Assembly (NCBI RefSeq): GCF_009914755.1
Contig: NC_060925.1
Source: the human T2T-CHM13v2.0 reference genome, Homo sapiens
Direction: 5' to 3' (one strand)
DNA: 64,000 bases
Below, one piece after another: positions 1 to 18,022 of the stretch. The notes under the pieces were generated by a model. The model was given only the letters and a program-made list of their open reading frames with translations, was not told the origin of the DNA and made no database searches. Each line of letters opens with the position of its first letter. The stretch's first letter is position 1. Both the position numbers and the translations under genes were made by a program.

Positions 1-337
1 TAATGAGTAGGCAGGTTCCCCACATGGCTTTCAGGGGTAAAGCAAACCCACTCCAATACGGAAAATAAATGTTCTTCCTGCTTGTTAATTCTGAAAATGT
101 TGTCATGGTAACTTGAATTCCTGGCTTAGGACTTTGTCTCTAAAATAAAATATCCCATGATAAAGGTAACAGATGATTCACTATCATCCATTTACATGTT
201 AGTGAGAATTTGATTGATAAGTACGTATTCCACAGTGGGATTCATAGATGAATTTCCCTGGTCCCTCCTTTCAAATTGTTCACAGTCTCTGAGGCAGGTG
301 TAATGATTATGAATTGGCAGGATTCTGGAACAGATGT

Positions 338-723
338 TGTCTTAGTCCATTTTGTGTCGCTGTAACAGAATACCTGAGACTGAGTCCTTTATAATGAACA
401 GGAAATGTATTGGCCCATGGTTCTGGATGCTGAGAAACCCAAGATCAAGTGGCTGACATCTGGTGAGAGCCTTCTTGTTGCACTGTCCCATGACAGAGGG
501 CAAAGAGAGGGAGAGAGGAAAGAAAGAGAGCAAGCACAAGTGTGCAAAGGGGCCAAAGTCATCCTTTTATAAGAACCCACTTTTGAGAAAATACTAATCT
601 ATTCATGAGGGTGATGCCCCCGGATCCACACACCTCCCACTAAGCCCTGCCTCCCAACCCCACTGCACCGAGGATCGAGTTTCCAAACCCATGAACTTTT
701 GGGGACACATTTAAGCCATAGCA
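338..723 (-). mobile_element. ERVL-MaLR solo LTR (MST/MLT1A-like)
   Basis: Starts TGTCTTAGTCCATTTTGTG..GCTGTAACAGAATACC, ends GGGGACACATTTAAGCCATAGCA, typical MaLR LTR termini in reverse. Confidence 0.8.
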
Positions 724-959
724 AATGTACCAAAGAAAATGCCAGAGCATACAGAGCAAGTAGTGGATTGTGATGGTAGGGAGTCAGAAAATACTTCCTG
801 AGGTTAGTGACATTTGGGATTGCCTTCTAAGGATGTGGAGATGTTGGGGAGAGCATTCTAGACAGGAGACAGCATAAGCCAAGGTGCAGAGGCAGGAGTG
901 GCCATGGTGTCCTTCTCAGATGCTTGGAAAGATGCTTTGAGGTGGCAGAGGAAGGGTGA

Positions 960-1205
960 AGTTTGCATTGTGGTTCAGGGTGTGGGCTCTAGATTCTGGG
1001 GACCAACTCTGGCTCCAACACTTGCTAACTGCATGACTTTGCTTTGAGCAAATTCCCTACCTTTCAGTACCTCCATTATCTCCTCTATAAAATGGACAGT
1101 ACCAGTATCAACCCCGTGGGTTATGGTGAGGATTAATTAATCCACGGAAACCTCTTAGAATGATGCCTGGCACATCGTTAAGTGTCTAATAAATAAAAGC
1201 TATTT
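960..1205 (+). mobile_element. MIR fragment
   Basis: Diverged MIR core (..CCTCTATAAAATGG..GTGAGGATTAA..CCTGGCACAT..). Confidence 0.6.
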
Positions 1206-2127
1206 ATAATGGTGATTTCCTGGTACCTGGAAGGCATGGGAAAACTGGTGCAAGTGCGAGGGAAAAGACTAAGAAAAGGAGTTCAAAGGTTCCCAAATTA
1301 AATTTCATCTATTTTCAAATGTGCCAATAGCAGAACACAGGTAATGGTAAAGAGTGAAGTTTAAGAAACACACAAACTACAAAAAATTTATGGGCTGAGG
1401 GGCTCCAAAGTGAGGAATTAAGGTGAGTGGCCAAAAAGTGGCTTCTCGAGGAGGTGGCAGGCCTGTGGCTAGTTAGCTGCAGTGATCCCAGTGAGCCTCC
1501 ATGACAGGGATGAGCGGGTGGGCTTTGTTTTCTCCCTGAGCCTACCCTGTAGGCTGTTCTGGCCACTGACTTTCTAGGAGAGACTGTCGGGCACAGGACT
1601 GAGGGAGAGATAACAGGTCAGTGCAGATCTAGTCCAACAACTTGAAAATACTATGAAGCTAGTGTCTTATTTTCTTATATGAAGGGCAGCATATTTAGAG
1701 TTTCAGAAGGAGGAGAGGTGTGACTTGGTGTTGAGGAAGATGCCAGGCCAGGAAGGCAACATATGTAAGAAAGCTTCAGAAACTCGGATGAGCTAACTGG
1801 TAGGTCCTACAAGGACCATGGAACAAGACAGTCTCTTGTTAAGCACATGCACTGCTTAATTTTCAGAGACAACAGGAGATCTAAAGAGCTACCATGGCTT
1901 AGGTCCTACATAGTTTGCAGGGTTACAGGGAAGAAGACTGACTCCTAGAAGTGAGTATGACTCCTGACTTCATTTGGACTATGGCCATTCCTCCCGAGTT
2001 AGAACTTGCTAGGAGCATGTTCTCCATACTCCACACAGTAACCTTCCTCAGGTTGACTTAGCACCCACTGTTAGTGGATCAGGTTTGGCTAAGGTTAGGT
2101 GTAAGCTGTAGCTTAAACATAATTCAC

Positions 2128-2821
<694 letters not shown>

Positions 2822-4136
2822 TAGAGACCATCTTGAGGTCCCCACTCCAGCCGTCGCTTCCATGTTCCCATCAGCAGGAAGAACAAAGGAAAGAAAAAGA
2901 TGAAGGGCACATACCAGTTGTCTTTTGAAGACGTGTCCTACTAACTGCCACACCACACTTCCATGTAAATCTCACTGGCTACAACTTAGTCTGAGGCCAT
3001 GCGTGGGTACAGGGAGGCTGGAAGATGTACTTTGTATTCAAGGCAGCTATGTACCTAACTAAAAATCAGGGATGGGAGACGGGTGTTTTATACTAAAGAA
3101 GGGAAGAATGGATGTTGAGGGGCAACTAATAGACGCTGCTGCACACAGATCGTTAGATAAATCAGTTATGAAAATCTAATACAAATGTAGTTTATATTTG
3201 GATAAAAAATATATGCTTACCTAATTACAAAACCAGGAAAGGTAGTATGGAAATAATATTTTACTAGCTCTAGGAAATGACCTGCATTTAATCTTTTTCT
3301 AAAGCAAGGAATGCATAGGTACTGCAGGTTTATCCTTTTGCCTTATCCTGCAGGCAAATTGAATTTTTGATTGCTGAATTTTCTACAAGTGGGGCACACT
3401 GTGGAGCAGTGATTTACTTTTCTAACCACATTTGCATCAGGCTGATGCTAATGTATGGGGAGTCTACTTGAGAAAGTCTCAAATTAGCTATTTGTAAAGA
3501 TGACACCACCTCAGGCAAGGAGACAAAATGGAGGCTCACTTCAGGCTTTATGAGAGAACCAGATGCATGTGGACTCTTTAAACCTGACTTGTGTGTAAGA
3601 ACCCTAGTTCTGTCCACATTAGTGGGCTGAGGGCTAGGGTAGGAATATAAATTTGAATCCCCAAGCAAACATGTGTTCCTTTTCCTGTCAATCCAAGAAT
3701 GGTCCTCATAGTGTCATCTGGGGGCCACTCCTCCAGGCCTGTAGCAGTGGCTTTGTTTAAGGGAATAGCTAATCTCCAGGGCATGCAGAGGCTGGAGGAC
3801 ACCATCCCCTGAAGGATGGAAGCCTTGAGCTCTGATACAATGAGCAGGAGTCTACACACTGAAGTGTAGGGATTTCTACTGGCAGTCAGCTGTGTTAATT
3901 AGCATCATGTGTATGACCCAGTCGCTATGGGGAGAGACACAAAGAAATAAGAGGCATAATTCCTGACCGATAAAGGAGGGCACATGGTCAAGCTAAGAAA
4001 TAAGGCCCATGCAACAGATAAGTAAGGTTACAAGTTATTTGAGTAGGGCCTAGTCAGGGATAGTTTCTTGACCACCTTGAGCAGTCAGGTTTCAAAGGGA
4101 ATGATCAGACTGTTGATGACTATTCCTTCCCATTTC

Positions 4137-4161
4137 AGAGAGAGAGAGAGAGAGAGAGAGA
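4137..4161. repeat. (AG)n microsatellite
   Basis: Perfect AG run. Confidence 0.95.
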
Positions 4162-4398
4162 AAAGGGGTAGTGGAATTGCTGGCAGAGATTAATGCCATT
4201 CACTGAGCTGTGCTTTAGCTAGAAGCTAGCTGTTGATTTCTAGTTCTATCAACATTGAATTAGTTGGACCACTTTTATGCCAGGGAAAAACCATTAGCTG
4301 TTAGGAAATCTTTCAAGGGCATAAAATAAGAAACCTTCTAACAATTATATTTTCTTTTTGGTCTTTTTTTTTTTTTTTAATACTTAAGAACAAGGTTC

Positions 4399-4707
<309 letters not shown>

Positions 4708-5616
4708 CAAGGTTTATGTGTAACCTAAACATGTCTTTTTCTTGCAAAAATGGATGTGAAACTTTTGAATTAGAACTCACTAGCCATACTGAATATCCTA
4801 AACTTGATTCATGATCTCAGTTCTCTCTTATCCAAGGTGAGAAGAGGCTCATTAAGAAATGGAAAAGTTGTAAGATACATTGTGAGATTGTTTAGGCATA
4901 ATCGTATATTGGAAGTCATTTAGGACGCATCTTTAATGAAGACAGATGATGTGCTATTGATGTGAATGTTGTATTTCCCAGCTTGAAGTACTTTCTCACA
5001 TGACTTTGCATAATTGCTTAGTTGTAGTTTTATGTTGGAAGTGACTTTAGCACGTTTCTAGGGAAGAGATGTTTTGCCACTGAGTGATTTTCCACACTGA
5101 CATGCTTTTTCAGATGAATCCTAAGATTCACCTTGATTTTATACATTCAAGCCTGAACATTAACCGCTCCCTGGGAACGTGAGTCACCTTTGATTCCTGG
5201 GCTTCCTCCAGGACACGAACACTAGGAAGCCAATGTTTCAAGGAGAATTTGACTCAGATTCTTGGCTCTACTGTAGTGTATGTGACTTTTAGACCCTTGC
5301 AAGGTTCAAGAGTACTGGGTTTCAAAAGCTATAATGTGACCAAAGTCAGGCTTAAAGCTGCAGAAGCTCATTCCACACCCTGAAAACTTTTCTGAACTCT
5401 ACATTGAAAGTCTGTTAAAATGTTCCTTAAAACCTTTAAAGGTGGACTTAAGAACAAGAAGTAGAGTTGTGAGCTAAGGCTGGCAGGGTGGGGGAATGGG
5501 AGGATGAGACAAATATCAGAAGGATTAGGAAAACCGAGTAGAGGACCTTGAAAATGCTGTTGTCTTTCTTTGCCCCATCCCCTCTCCTCCACCATATTTC
5601 TGTCTTTTACCCTTAG

Positions 5617-5689
5617 GCCTGCACTGCCTGAAAAGAAGGTGGCTGATCTGAGCACTCTGAATGAAGTGGGCTATCAAATCCGAATTTAG
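5617..5689 (+). CDS. VASH2: Vasohibin-2, final coding exon (..PALPEKKVADLSTLNEVGYQIRI*)
   Basis: Pyrimidine tract tttctgtcttttacccttAG (AG 5615-5616), then open frame to TAG 5687-5689. The peptide matches the VASH2 C-terminus as I recall it. Upstream exons lie outside the window. Confidence 0.93.
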
Positions 5690-8600
5690 CCAAGCCATAC
5701 CGGCCAGCAAGAGGGTTTCTGTGGTGCTTCTCTCTGCACTTTACCCAGCATCTTCAGGAGGAACTGCAACTATTTATTAAGAACTTGTGAATTTTATTTT
5801 TAAGGATTCACCTGGAAATAGAATCTGAGTGGGTGGTAACCATTAGCTTTAAAAAATTCACTAAAAGGCACCATGAAAAGGCTGAAGTAATAAGCCCCAC
5901 TGGGGTTGAACTATGTCCCTCACTCAAGATCTTAAGGATAACCGTAACTGAAGTTTTATATTTTTCCATTTACCTACTTTCTTTTACTTGCTTTGAACAT
6001 TATGCCTCACCAATAGTAAATGTTCATGAAATAATCTCTTGAACTTTTGGTATAGTAAGGTAACTCTAACAGTATTACTGTCTTTTTCAGCAATAACAGA
6101 AAGCAAAAATGGGTGGGTTTTTTTTAAGCAGTTATTACCTCAGCATTTTGACATCAGATATGCAAACTTAATGGCGTTTTGTTTTTTTATATTCTATTTG
6201 TATTCTTTCCCCAGTATTTCCCATGGGGATCTCCACAAGTTTGGAGTTTTTTCCTGGTGCACACACGTGAGGAGATTTAAGGTACTATATGCAAGTGTTT
6301 TACTAAAAAGCACTGAAATTCTTCTGGCAATACAAGAACCATTTTCAGGATCTTGGAGTTACTTCCTTCTTAATCTTTCTTAAAGCATTCACTGATGTTT
6401 TTGTTTTTTCAAAATGAAACAAAAATATCACATTGAGAAGCTAGTCTATGTTCTGTCACTAACATTTAAACTTTGCAGACTCTAACAAAAAGCACAAGAG
6501 GTCACGTACTATTATACAAATTTAGCGGTACTGGATTTACCTCTGACATTAACACACTCAGGCAGAGACCAGGAGTGATCAGCAGGTCTTCAGAACCAAA
6601 AAACCTTTCTGTTCACATTTCATCTGATTTTTAAACTGAGGCAGGCTTTGATTCTTCTGAAGGATGCCAAGAATCAAACTAAGGGAGGACTCACTGTTAA
6701 AGATGTGTTCTGATGTCTTATATTAAGACCAAATGTGACATGATGTGATTATCTTCCAGTACTTTGCTTTTAGGTACCATTTCATGACATTTTAGGAATG
6801 AGTATTGGAAAATATAAAGAATTAGAAAAGCAGCACTTTTTTTTTAATGGAAAAGTCTTCGGTCCAGTGTTACACCTTATAGTGTAATTCAGTCCCTAAG
6901 CACAGAATGAATGTCTGGCCTGCATATGGTAGTTACAGTGTAACCTCTGGCTGCAGACCACACAGGACAACCCTAACAGCCTAGTCTTGTATGGTGTAAA
7001 TATCAAGAGTACAGCTTCAATTTCATTTGCTTTATCTTAGCAACAATGCCAACTCAGGAGAGCAGACGGCCGATTTCAGTGAAGTCTGGTAGTCAACAGA
7101 TGTTATTTCAGTCTCAGTGCATCTCCTCTGGCTTTCTTTGACTGAAGGTGTTTATAGGAAGGAAGTTAAAAAAAAAAAAAGCTCATTGAGATTCTTTACC
7201 AATTCTTTACAAGATTTCTGGGGGTGACAGGGAAAGCAAAAGGACTTCAAAGCAAAAGGGTGCACAAGAGCTTACTTCACCCTGAAAATCAGTATTATTA
7301 ATGAAAAGTACTGTTTTCTTAAAGAAGTCGAATGTCCTTTAGATGAACAAGACCAAGTATACATCTCCATTAGATTAAAATGTAGCACAGGGTTAAAAAT
7401 TATCAGTTTAATCTCTTTAAGAACAGTATTATCAGAGTTTAAAATGAGTTAGCTCTGTTTATCTACACACAGCAAACCCATTCGCAGCCTCTTGGCCACA
7501 TGTATTCAGATGTTTGAAATAGTGAATCATTTCATTTTCATTCTAAAACAATACTGACTTAGCCATATACCTTCTGTTTGTCAATCTGAAACTTGCTTAC
7601 ATCTAATAAGTAGACCTCTTATAACACTGCAACCATTCTAAGAGTTGGAATTTATTTTTGCCAAGTATTAAGTACTGTTACATCTAAAATACAGAATGTC
7701 AAATGGTTGCATAGCTTGTTTCCCACAACAAGGAGGAAAAGAACAGGAATACAAACTCTGTAATATGCTGATAAAGAAGCCTTAGAACTGCCAACTGGCT
7801 TGATGGTTCAATTAGTAAGCTAATTTCTCCCACACCCGCTCCTTGATTTTTAGACTAATTTTCCCAAAGCAAGGTTTAGTCACACAAACTTGAAAGTACA
7901 TTTAAAATGTTCTTAGTTGTCATCCTACTTTTATTGCCTATGGAATATGCTAATTTCTAAAAAAAATACGGGAGAGGCACCAAACCCCTAAATTCTAGTG
8001 CAATAATTTAAAAAACAAAAAACAAAACAAAACAAAAAACATGTTATATGCACCCCCCTCCCAAAGCTGATTTTAAGACTGGCTAGAATTCAAAATATAA
8101 AAAATAAAACTATGAAGTGATTTGAAATCGGTTTTAAAAAGTTGTTAGTGCAAGAGAAATTTTATGTTTAAGCCATCATGGCAATATATGCAAAGTTTAA
8201 ATGAATGACAGAAATCTTGATTTTAGACTGTATGTTGTGCTGTTTTGAGTACACTTTATTTCGGAAAGTGATATTTAGTATTTTCTATACACTCTGAAAT
8301 CATGAGCATTTCACTTTTTCTAAGTCAATTATTTCATAAGGATTTTATTAATAGATATTGGTAAATAGAACTTTGGAAATCTTAATTCAGAATTCTTACT
8401 ATACCTGAGTCTTTTGTAAGCTATAGTTTTATGTACAACCTTGTACAGTTTTTTTGACATACAATTCAGAACTTTGTTTATTCTCTTGGACTTTGTTCTG
8501 GCCAATACATTTTTTTTAAATCTTTAAGAAGAACTGTGATTGTTTTAGTGGGTATTTTTCTAATTAAATGAAAACTTGTATAATGGTATTTTAGAGAATG

Positions 8601-8695
8601 CCAGTAAGTGCATGTTTCAAGTTAATGTTTTTCTCATCACTTGTATGTTTCTAACACAGCATGGGACTTTAATAAAACCATCCTAGAAACTTAAG
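5690..8695 (+). other. VASH2: VASH2 3'UTR (~3 kb, Alu-free)
   Basis: AT-rich, repeat-free sequence after the stop, ending at AATAAA 8671-8676 followed by a GT/T-rich downstream element (8698-8710). End position approximate. Confidence 0.8.
8671..8676 (+). terminator. VASH2 polyadenylation signal AATAAA
   Basis: Canonical hexamer with U-rich downstream element ~25 nt later. Confidence 0.75.
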
Positions 8696-8724
8696 GATTG
8701 TTTTTCTTCTAAATATGTAAGATG

Positions 8725-9053
<329 letters not shown>

Positions 9054-9304
9054 TTATTATATATTTATTCTACTGAACCTATTTATCGTTCTTTCACCCT
9101 TCTTTCACAATCTGCAGACTCTATATTAAAAACACTCTATCACTCTATTTTGACATATCTCAATTCACTCATCTTTTAGCATCACCCCTAAGTAAAAATG
9201 GCTGCAAAGGGCAATGAAATAGTTTAGTAAAGGCAACAGTACAGCTTATACATCTCAGTATACCTACCACAAAACCTTCAGGCACAGAAGTACGAGTATA
9301 ATAG

Positions 9305-9310
9305 TTTATT
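9305..9310 (-). terminator. ANGEL2 distal polyadenylation signal (AATAAA on - strand)
   Basis: TTTATT on + strand at 9305-9310, just before the intergenic Alu. A more proximal TTTATT occurs at 10777-10782. Confidence 0.65.
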
Positions 9311-10133
9311 ACCTAACTTACAGGTACAAAGTGCAAATGACTTGACGCCTCTCTTTCCCCAATCCCTTGAACTCTCTGGATCTCAAACTTTCTTTAGGAA
9401 AGCAAAGGTTAAAAGCAGACAGTAACTAAATTCCAAATAAAGACAAGATTTCAAACATGAATATTATCTTGATAGCAAAAGGTACAGTAAAACCAAAATT
9501 TCATTACTCCACAGTTTACCTTTCCATTTAAAACTTGGATAGTATAACACTTGAGACTGAGAGATTTGGTTTCAGGCATTAACCAGATTTAATTGTTTTT
9601 GGCAGGTAAGTACAGGCTCTGGCAGAGTTACCAACTATTCTGGTCAACAAAAGTAAAGACAAGTGGATAATTATTTTTAGTGGAGCTTTAAAAACCTGTG
9701 AGAAGCTCACATTGACTTTTTGGCCTCCAGTCCACAAAATAATACTTCATTTGATAAGCTAAAGTAAAGAGCAATTTTATGGATTAACTCTATCAAAGTG
9801 AAGCACATGAAAAATGGGCCTAAAGTCACAATATATTAATCAGGATATAAAAAATTAAATTTTCACAGAGGTTTTCAGGGATGTTTGTTTGTTAACAATG
9901 ACCTATATGTAATAATGTTATTTGTTAATAAATTCACACAACACAAAGCAGTAATTAACTAATGAATTTTCATTTTTCTTTCCCCAATATTAAAAAGGGA
10001 TAATTATACTATCATTATAATTTGATAATGTCTATATCTGCTAATTAGGGCACATAATATCCTGCAAACTACTACTATAAAATGTGGGAAATCCTAGAAC
10101 TATAATTAATACTGTAATTAAAATCCCCCCAAA

Positions 10134-10461
<328 letters not shown>

Positions 10462-11106
10462 TTAAACATATTCAATTACAATTTTTACTAGACAAATCTT
10501 ATAATCCACATGCCTTCTCTGAGGTTTTCATCTGTTTGTTTTTTTAAAAATAATTATAGCAAATGCTTTAGTACAAAGACTTAGTCCAAGACTATTATTG
10601 TTTTCCAATTTAAGGTGAAGCATTCTATTAATAAAACTCACTGTAAAAACATTTACAATTCAGTGTAAAATTACTACTTAGTAAAAATGCATATAATTCC
10701 TTGTTCCTACTGTCTACAAAAAAGGAAATTTCCACTTTTTATGTTTTAAAATTGATTCAAACACTTGTATAGAGGATTTATTAAACCTGCTCATAACCAC
10801 TTCATAGAAAGTGTCAGCACCATCTCATACTGGTGCATCACGGTAAAAGAAAACATTTTAGAAACAAAACCACTAAAACCAACAGTTTAAATGACTATTT
10901 ACAGAGCATTAGGTCTCCAAGTTAATATCTCCCCACTAGAGTTTTACAGGCTTCCTCATATTTCTGAGGCTTAACAAAAATAATTTTATAGCTGCCACTT
11001 TGTTCCAAAGACAAATTTCCTAATAAAATAAATTTCTATAGAACTGGTTCAGTAAAATAAAATCTCTCCCCTAAACCAGAGATCTTAAAACTGAATTTTT
11101 AAAAAA

Positions 11107-11637
<531 letters not shown>

Positions 11638-12149
11638 TCAAAAACAAACTAAACAATGGCTGGTTGGATACCTGTGAATGACCCAAGGCTTTCTAAGATA
11701 AACTATTTAGAACTCAATAGAGGGGTCTCCTAATGAAATCAAGCCTTCTGGAAAGGAAACAACTTGTAGTTTGCAAGAACTCAAAGATACTTTGGATCCA
11801 CTACAGAGCTTGCCAAAATTATGAAATGAAATTTTTTACTAAGCAGACAAAGGAAGATGCATTATATTTAAAAATCACTGTCAATTTTACTAGGATTTAG
11901 AATATAAAACCTTTACATCTCTTTTACAATAAAGAGAATTTAGAGCTCACTTGTCAGGAAAATATTTTTCATTATTAAAAAAAATTGTTATAAAGTTATT
12001 TCTTCTGATATGGAGTTTCAAAGCATCTAACATAACCGCTTCAGAATCTCCACAGTGCAAAAATAAACAACATGCATACACTTAAGAACTTTACATTCTT
12101 TGAAAAACAATACAAATTGGAAAGAAAATTAGTATGTGATCAAAGAGAG

Positions 12150-12301
12150 TCAGAGCTCAAGTCTGAACTTTGCCAATAAAGGCAGATGATCTGAAGAGTT
12201 ATTTTCGTTTGGAAGTCCATTAACAGTCCATAAGTCTTGTTCTGTAAGAAGTGACAGTCTAGCTAGAAGTTTCAAGCCACCAACCAAAGCAACTTCAGCT
12301 C
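12150..12301 (-). CDS. ANGEL2: ANGEL2 exon 9 (..AEVALVGGLKLL..NNSSDHLPLLAKFRLEL*)
   Basis: AG acceptor at 12302-12303, 152 nt to TGA; contains the EEP-family SDH catalytic motif. Confidence 0.97.
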
Positions 12302-13134
12302 CTACATTAAAGAAGCACACACATATTTAGTAAAATTGTCAACGGGTTATTGTAAATTAATCATACAAGTCTTTTCTCCAAACAAATATAGAACTTGAGG
12401 CCCCTCCAGAAGACTAAAAACTATGACACAGTTTTTAGAATATCTAAGCTTTATTGAATTATAACCTAATTATAATTATCAAACACACAGCAGTTTGAGA
12501 TATTTTTTCTATTTCCAGCTCTGTAAACAATCTTTAGAAGAAAATATAAATGAAATACTTAAGAATGTTAAGGGTAATTTGTGGTTGACAACTACATAAG
12601 AAACTCATCCAGCAACCATTCTGTAGTTGCATAAAGCCAGAGACACCGGGCCACAGCCCTGTAGCAGTTTATAAGGTGAATGGAGAATAAATTAGTATAA
12701 TTTAGTCCCAGATAGTCAGCACCCACAGAAGTGAAGATGACATGCTCTTTTTGAAATGCTGATCCATAACACTCTCCTGCCACCTAGTGAACTTCTGTCA
12801 GCATGACAACTACGAAAACCTTACTATAAATTCAAAGCAGCAGGCATATTTTTTGTAGAGTAGATCTAGTGGCAGGAATAAGTCATCTCGTGAGTGTTAC
12901 TAATAAGGTTATTCCCAGAAGAAAGGAGGGGGGAACAAACAGAGGGGAAAAGGGTAAAGAAAAAGAAGCATCCAAAAAAATGGAAGAGAAAAAAATGAAA
13001 AAAATCAGAAAAGAATAAAACAGCTGCTCACATTCCAAAGTTTTCTTAAAGGTATTTTTGTACTTCCAGTAATCTTAAACTGCATTTTCTTCTCCACTTT
13101 AAATCCTTTGGCTAATGTTTAAAACCTGATTTTC

Positions 13135-13782
<648 letters not shown>

Positions 13783-14264
13783 TTTTCCTCCTCAGAAAAA
13801 TCCAATATTCCAGAGTCAACATGACAGCATAAGCTGTGTTGCTGGCAGTGTAACTATGGTCCTCCAATGAAGGCAGGACGCCTCGGTAAAATTTAAGCAC
13901 AAAACTATGATGACCATTAACAACATACTCAGTTCCTGTCACAGGAAAAACAGTAAATTTATGGCAAGCAAAAAGAAAGGGCAATATGAAAGACCTATAA
14001 CTCAGAGGCTGACTGGAACTGGAGGGTAGGACTGCTAATGTAATTCTTGGGTAATAATTTGCTTGGATGTGTTTTATTGCCTCCCTCATATGCAAGTAAT
14101 CAACTGATTTATTCAAATATATTACCAATCTGTCTATTTCGAAATATTTTTACCTTCTAGATCTAGAACTTCAACTGGATGTTTAGAGAGCTTTCTTAAC
14201 TTTAACCTTGAGGTTTTAGCTACTGTGCTCTCTAGGAGAATTTAAGATTACATGCATTCCTTAC

Positions 14265-14428
14265 CTGGGTGCCCAGCAACATCTTCCTTTTCTGCAGAGT
14301 AGAAAATATAATCCACAGTTATGGCACTTCGGGAATGACAGGTGGTCACTTCTGGAATTCCAGTGTCAGGAAAGTAATGTGAATAAACAGATGACAAACT
14401 GAAATGGTGCTGTAAATTTGAAGACAAT
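14265..14428 (-). CDS. ANGEL2: ANGEL2 exon 8 (LSSNLQHHF..ITVDYIFYS..AGHP)
   Basis: 164 nt, AG/GT flanks, phase-compatible; EEP 'DYIF' motif. Confidence 0.97.
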
Positions 14429-15218
14429 CTAAATAGAAAAGAAGAAGTGTTTAGAATCCGAGTTTTTGTAACTTCAAGAATTCCTCCTATCTGAATTTCT
14501 TTTTCACTTAATTTCTAGACTAAGACCAAACATTAGGACAAGCTTTATTTAAAAAGACCATATCATAATTTAGTATTAATTTACTTATGCAGTGATATCT
14601 AAAACCCATCAATAAAGCCATTATAAATGTGGTTTTTAAAAAAAGCTCAATAATTAACATACTAATGTGTTTTTTCATTATTTATAACGTGTGAATGCCT
14701 CCACTTACTAAAGAACATGTATTCTAACAAGTTTTATTGTGTTTTTAAGAAAGAGAATCAAGGGGGTCTTCAGGAACACTATTTGGAATCCTCTAGACTT
14801 TTGATGACAGAGAGGCCATATTCTTCTCTAATTTTTCTTGCTATCACATATAATTTTGTACTGCATCTTAAAACAGCTTCTCTAATGGTTTATTATATTT
14901 GCCCCATGCACAAATATATGTGATGTTATGAGTAAAAGGTTTAAAGACTATTTTCTAGTGATACTTTATGAATCTTAAGGATCTTTTATGCCTTGAAGGA
15001 AAATAAAATTAAAAAAAAAACTTATCCAACAAACATTTACCAAACATCTTCTAAGTTCTAGGCAATATGTCAGGTGCTGAGAATACATAGATGAAGATGT
15101 TTCCCTTGCTTTTAAAGTGTTCATATGTCAGGAACAAAGGTAAATCCTTAAAAATGCCCTCTAAGTTTTATTAGCAACTTTTTATGTCTAAGGATTTATA
15201 ATATTAAACATAAAATAG

Positions 15219-15531
<313 letters not shown>

Positions 15532-15581
15532 TAGGTCTTCTGCAAACTCTTATCTATCAATTTTTCAGTTTACAGATATAA

Positions 15582-16423
<842 letters not shown>

Positions 16424-17435
16424 AATATCTTTTTTATATCCTATATTGTTACAAAAAGATTTAAGAGTTACTCAAAACGAAGTACTTGTTAGATTAGCCT
16501 CCTTATTAATCTTATTCAAAGAAGTTTTTACTATATTGAAAGGTTTAATCATGAATTTTAAAATATTCATTTAAAAAATTTTTTTAAAAATTGCTTCCAT
16601 TCTTACTAGTTCTTATTTATGTAGTAATATTTTCTCAAAACAAGGTATACAAAATAAAGATTGAGAAGCAGATAAAATAAATGAGAATTGGTCCCTAAAT
16701 TTAAATGTTAAAACAAAAAACTATAAAACAGCCACAATATAATTAACAATCAAGATATTTCAAGAATCTCCCTGAGACAAGATTTAAGTCTCTGTCCTGT
16801 TTTATTAACATGTATCAATTTCTCAACCATAGCCCCAAATATTCCTATTTCTTTAATGAAGAATTCCAGCATCTTCACCCCTCTGACAATCTTCTCCTAC
16901 AGTTCAAGAGATAAATTAAAATGATCATCTTTTCAACTGGCATATTCATTTTTGGATCAATTCTCTTATAGATGGTTTTGAGATTTAGTAAATCAAAGAC
17001 AACTAAAGATCCTTTTGAGATCTGAAAGATATTTTTATGTGATCTTGACCTTTGTTTAAGTATGTGAATTTCAAAGAGTATTTGAGCTGGTCCAGGTCCA
17101 CAGACAAGCTGTTTCCCTTCCTAACACTACCTAGGTGCCTAGGTATGTTTCAGACATTGTGCTTTATATGCTTTGTCTCATCTAATCCTCACAACAATCC
17201 AAACTATAGACAAAGAAACTGAACCTCAGAGATGTTAAGTTTCTTGCTCAAAATCATTCGGCTAAAACACAGCAGAGTCAGGACTGGAACTCAGGCCTAT
17301 CTGACTTAAGGGCCAGCACCCTTCACCAGCACGGAATACTATCACCTTCATTTTTTTATCCAAGTGATTTTTGAGAAATGAGTTTTTTATTCAACTAAAG
17401 TTAGCAAATGTCTCCTTTTGCTTTCCAGAACTCAC

Positions 17436-17493
17436 TTTTCAGCTGTCACTAGGACCTCTGTTTGCTTCAGCTGTGTTTGTGTCAGATCACTGT
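17436..17493 (-). CDS. ANGEL2: ANGEL2 exon 7 (DSDLTQTQLKQTEVLVTAEK)
   Basis: 58 nt, ttacAG acceptor and GTGAG donor, restores phase between exons 6 and 8. Confidence 0.93.
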
Positions 17494-17895
17494 CTGTAAG
17501 AATAGAGGAAAATATATTAATGTTATTGTTCTAGTTTGCCTTAATATCGTCATCTTACTCTAGAAACAATATTTAAGACTTATCTAGGTTAGAAAGATGC
17601 CTAGTTACATGTTTCATTCTGGAATCTATATATTTCGATGGCCTCCAGAATTAGGAAAAATAGAAAAATGCAAACAATTCCAAAGCAACATGCAAGTAAA
17701 TCATGCACAGATAATTCTGGAAGTTCAACTTTAAAAAGGTAAATTTAGAGGTCTTAAGAAAAAAAATGAATAACTACATATTTATATATATGAATATTCA
17801 TCCCTGAGATTTTTTCTTTTTAAAAACTTAGTTTTATGTCTTCAAAGGGAACATGATTACCCAGCAGACTGCCAAAATGTATTACAAACACTTAC

Positions 17896-18022
17896 CTGTC
17901 TTTTCTACTTTTGGTACCTGCTGTACCTCATACACACAGTTCTGTGAGATACCTAGGTTTGGGGGCCAAATTGGAATAGATAAAATTCTTTGTCCCCGTG
18001 AAGACTGTTCCTGGCCAGATAC
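17896..18022 (-). CDS. ANGEL2: ANGEL2 exon 6 (VSGQEQSSRGQRILSIPIWPPNLGISQNC..)
   Basis: 127 nt, AG acceptor, G|GTAAG donor. Confidence 0.96.

Noticed and set aside
6039-6383. 114-aa ORF after the VASH2 stop
   Set aside because: Lies in the 3'UTR, non-ATG start, low-complexity hydrophobic composition, no domain
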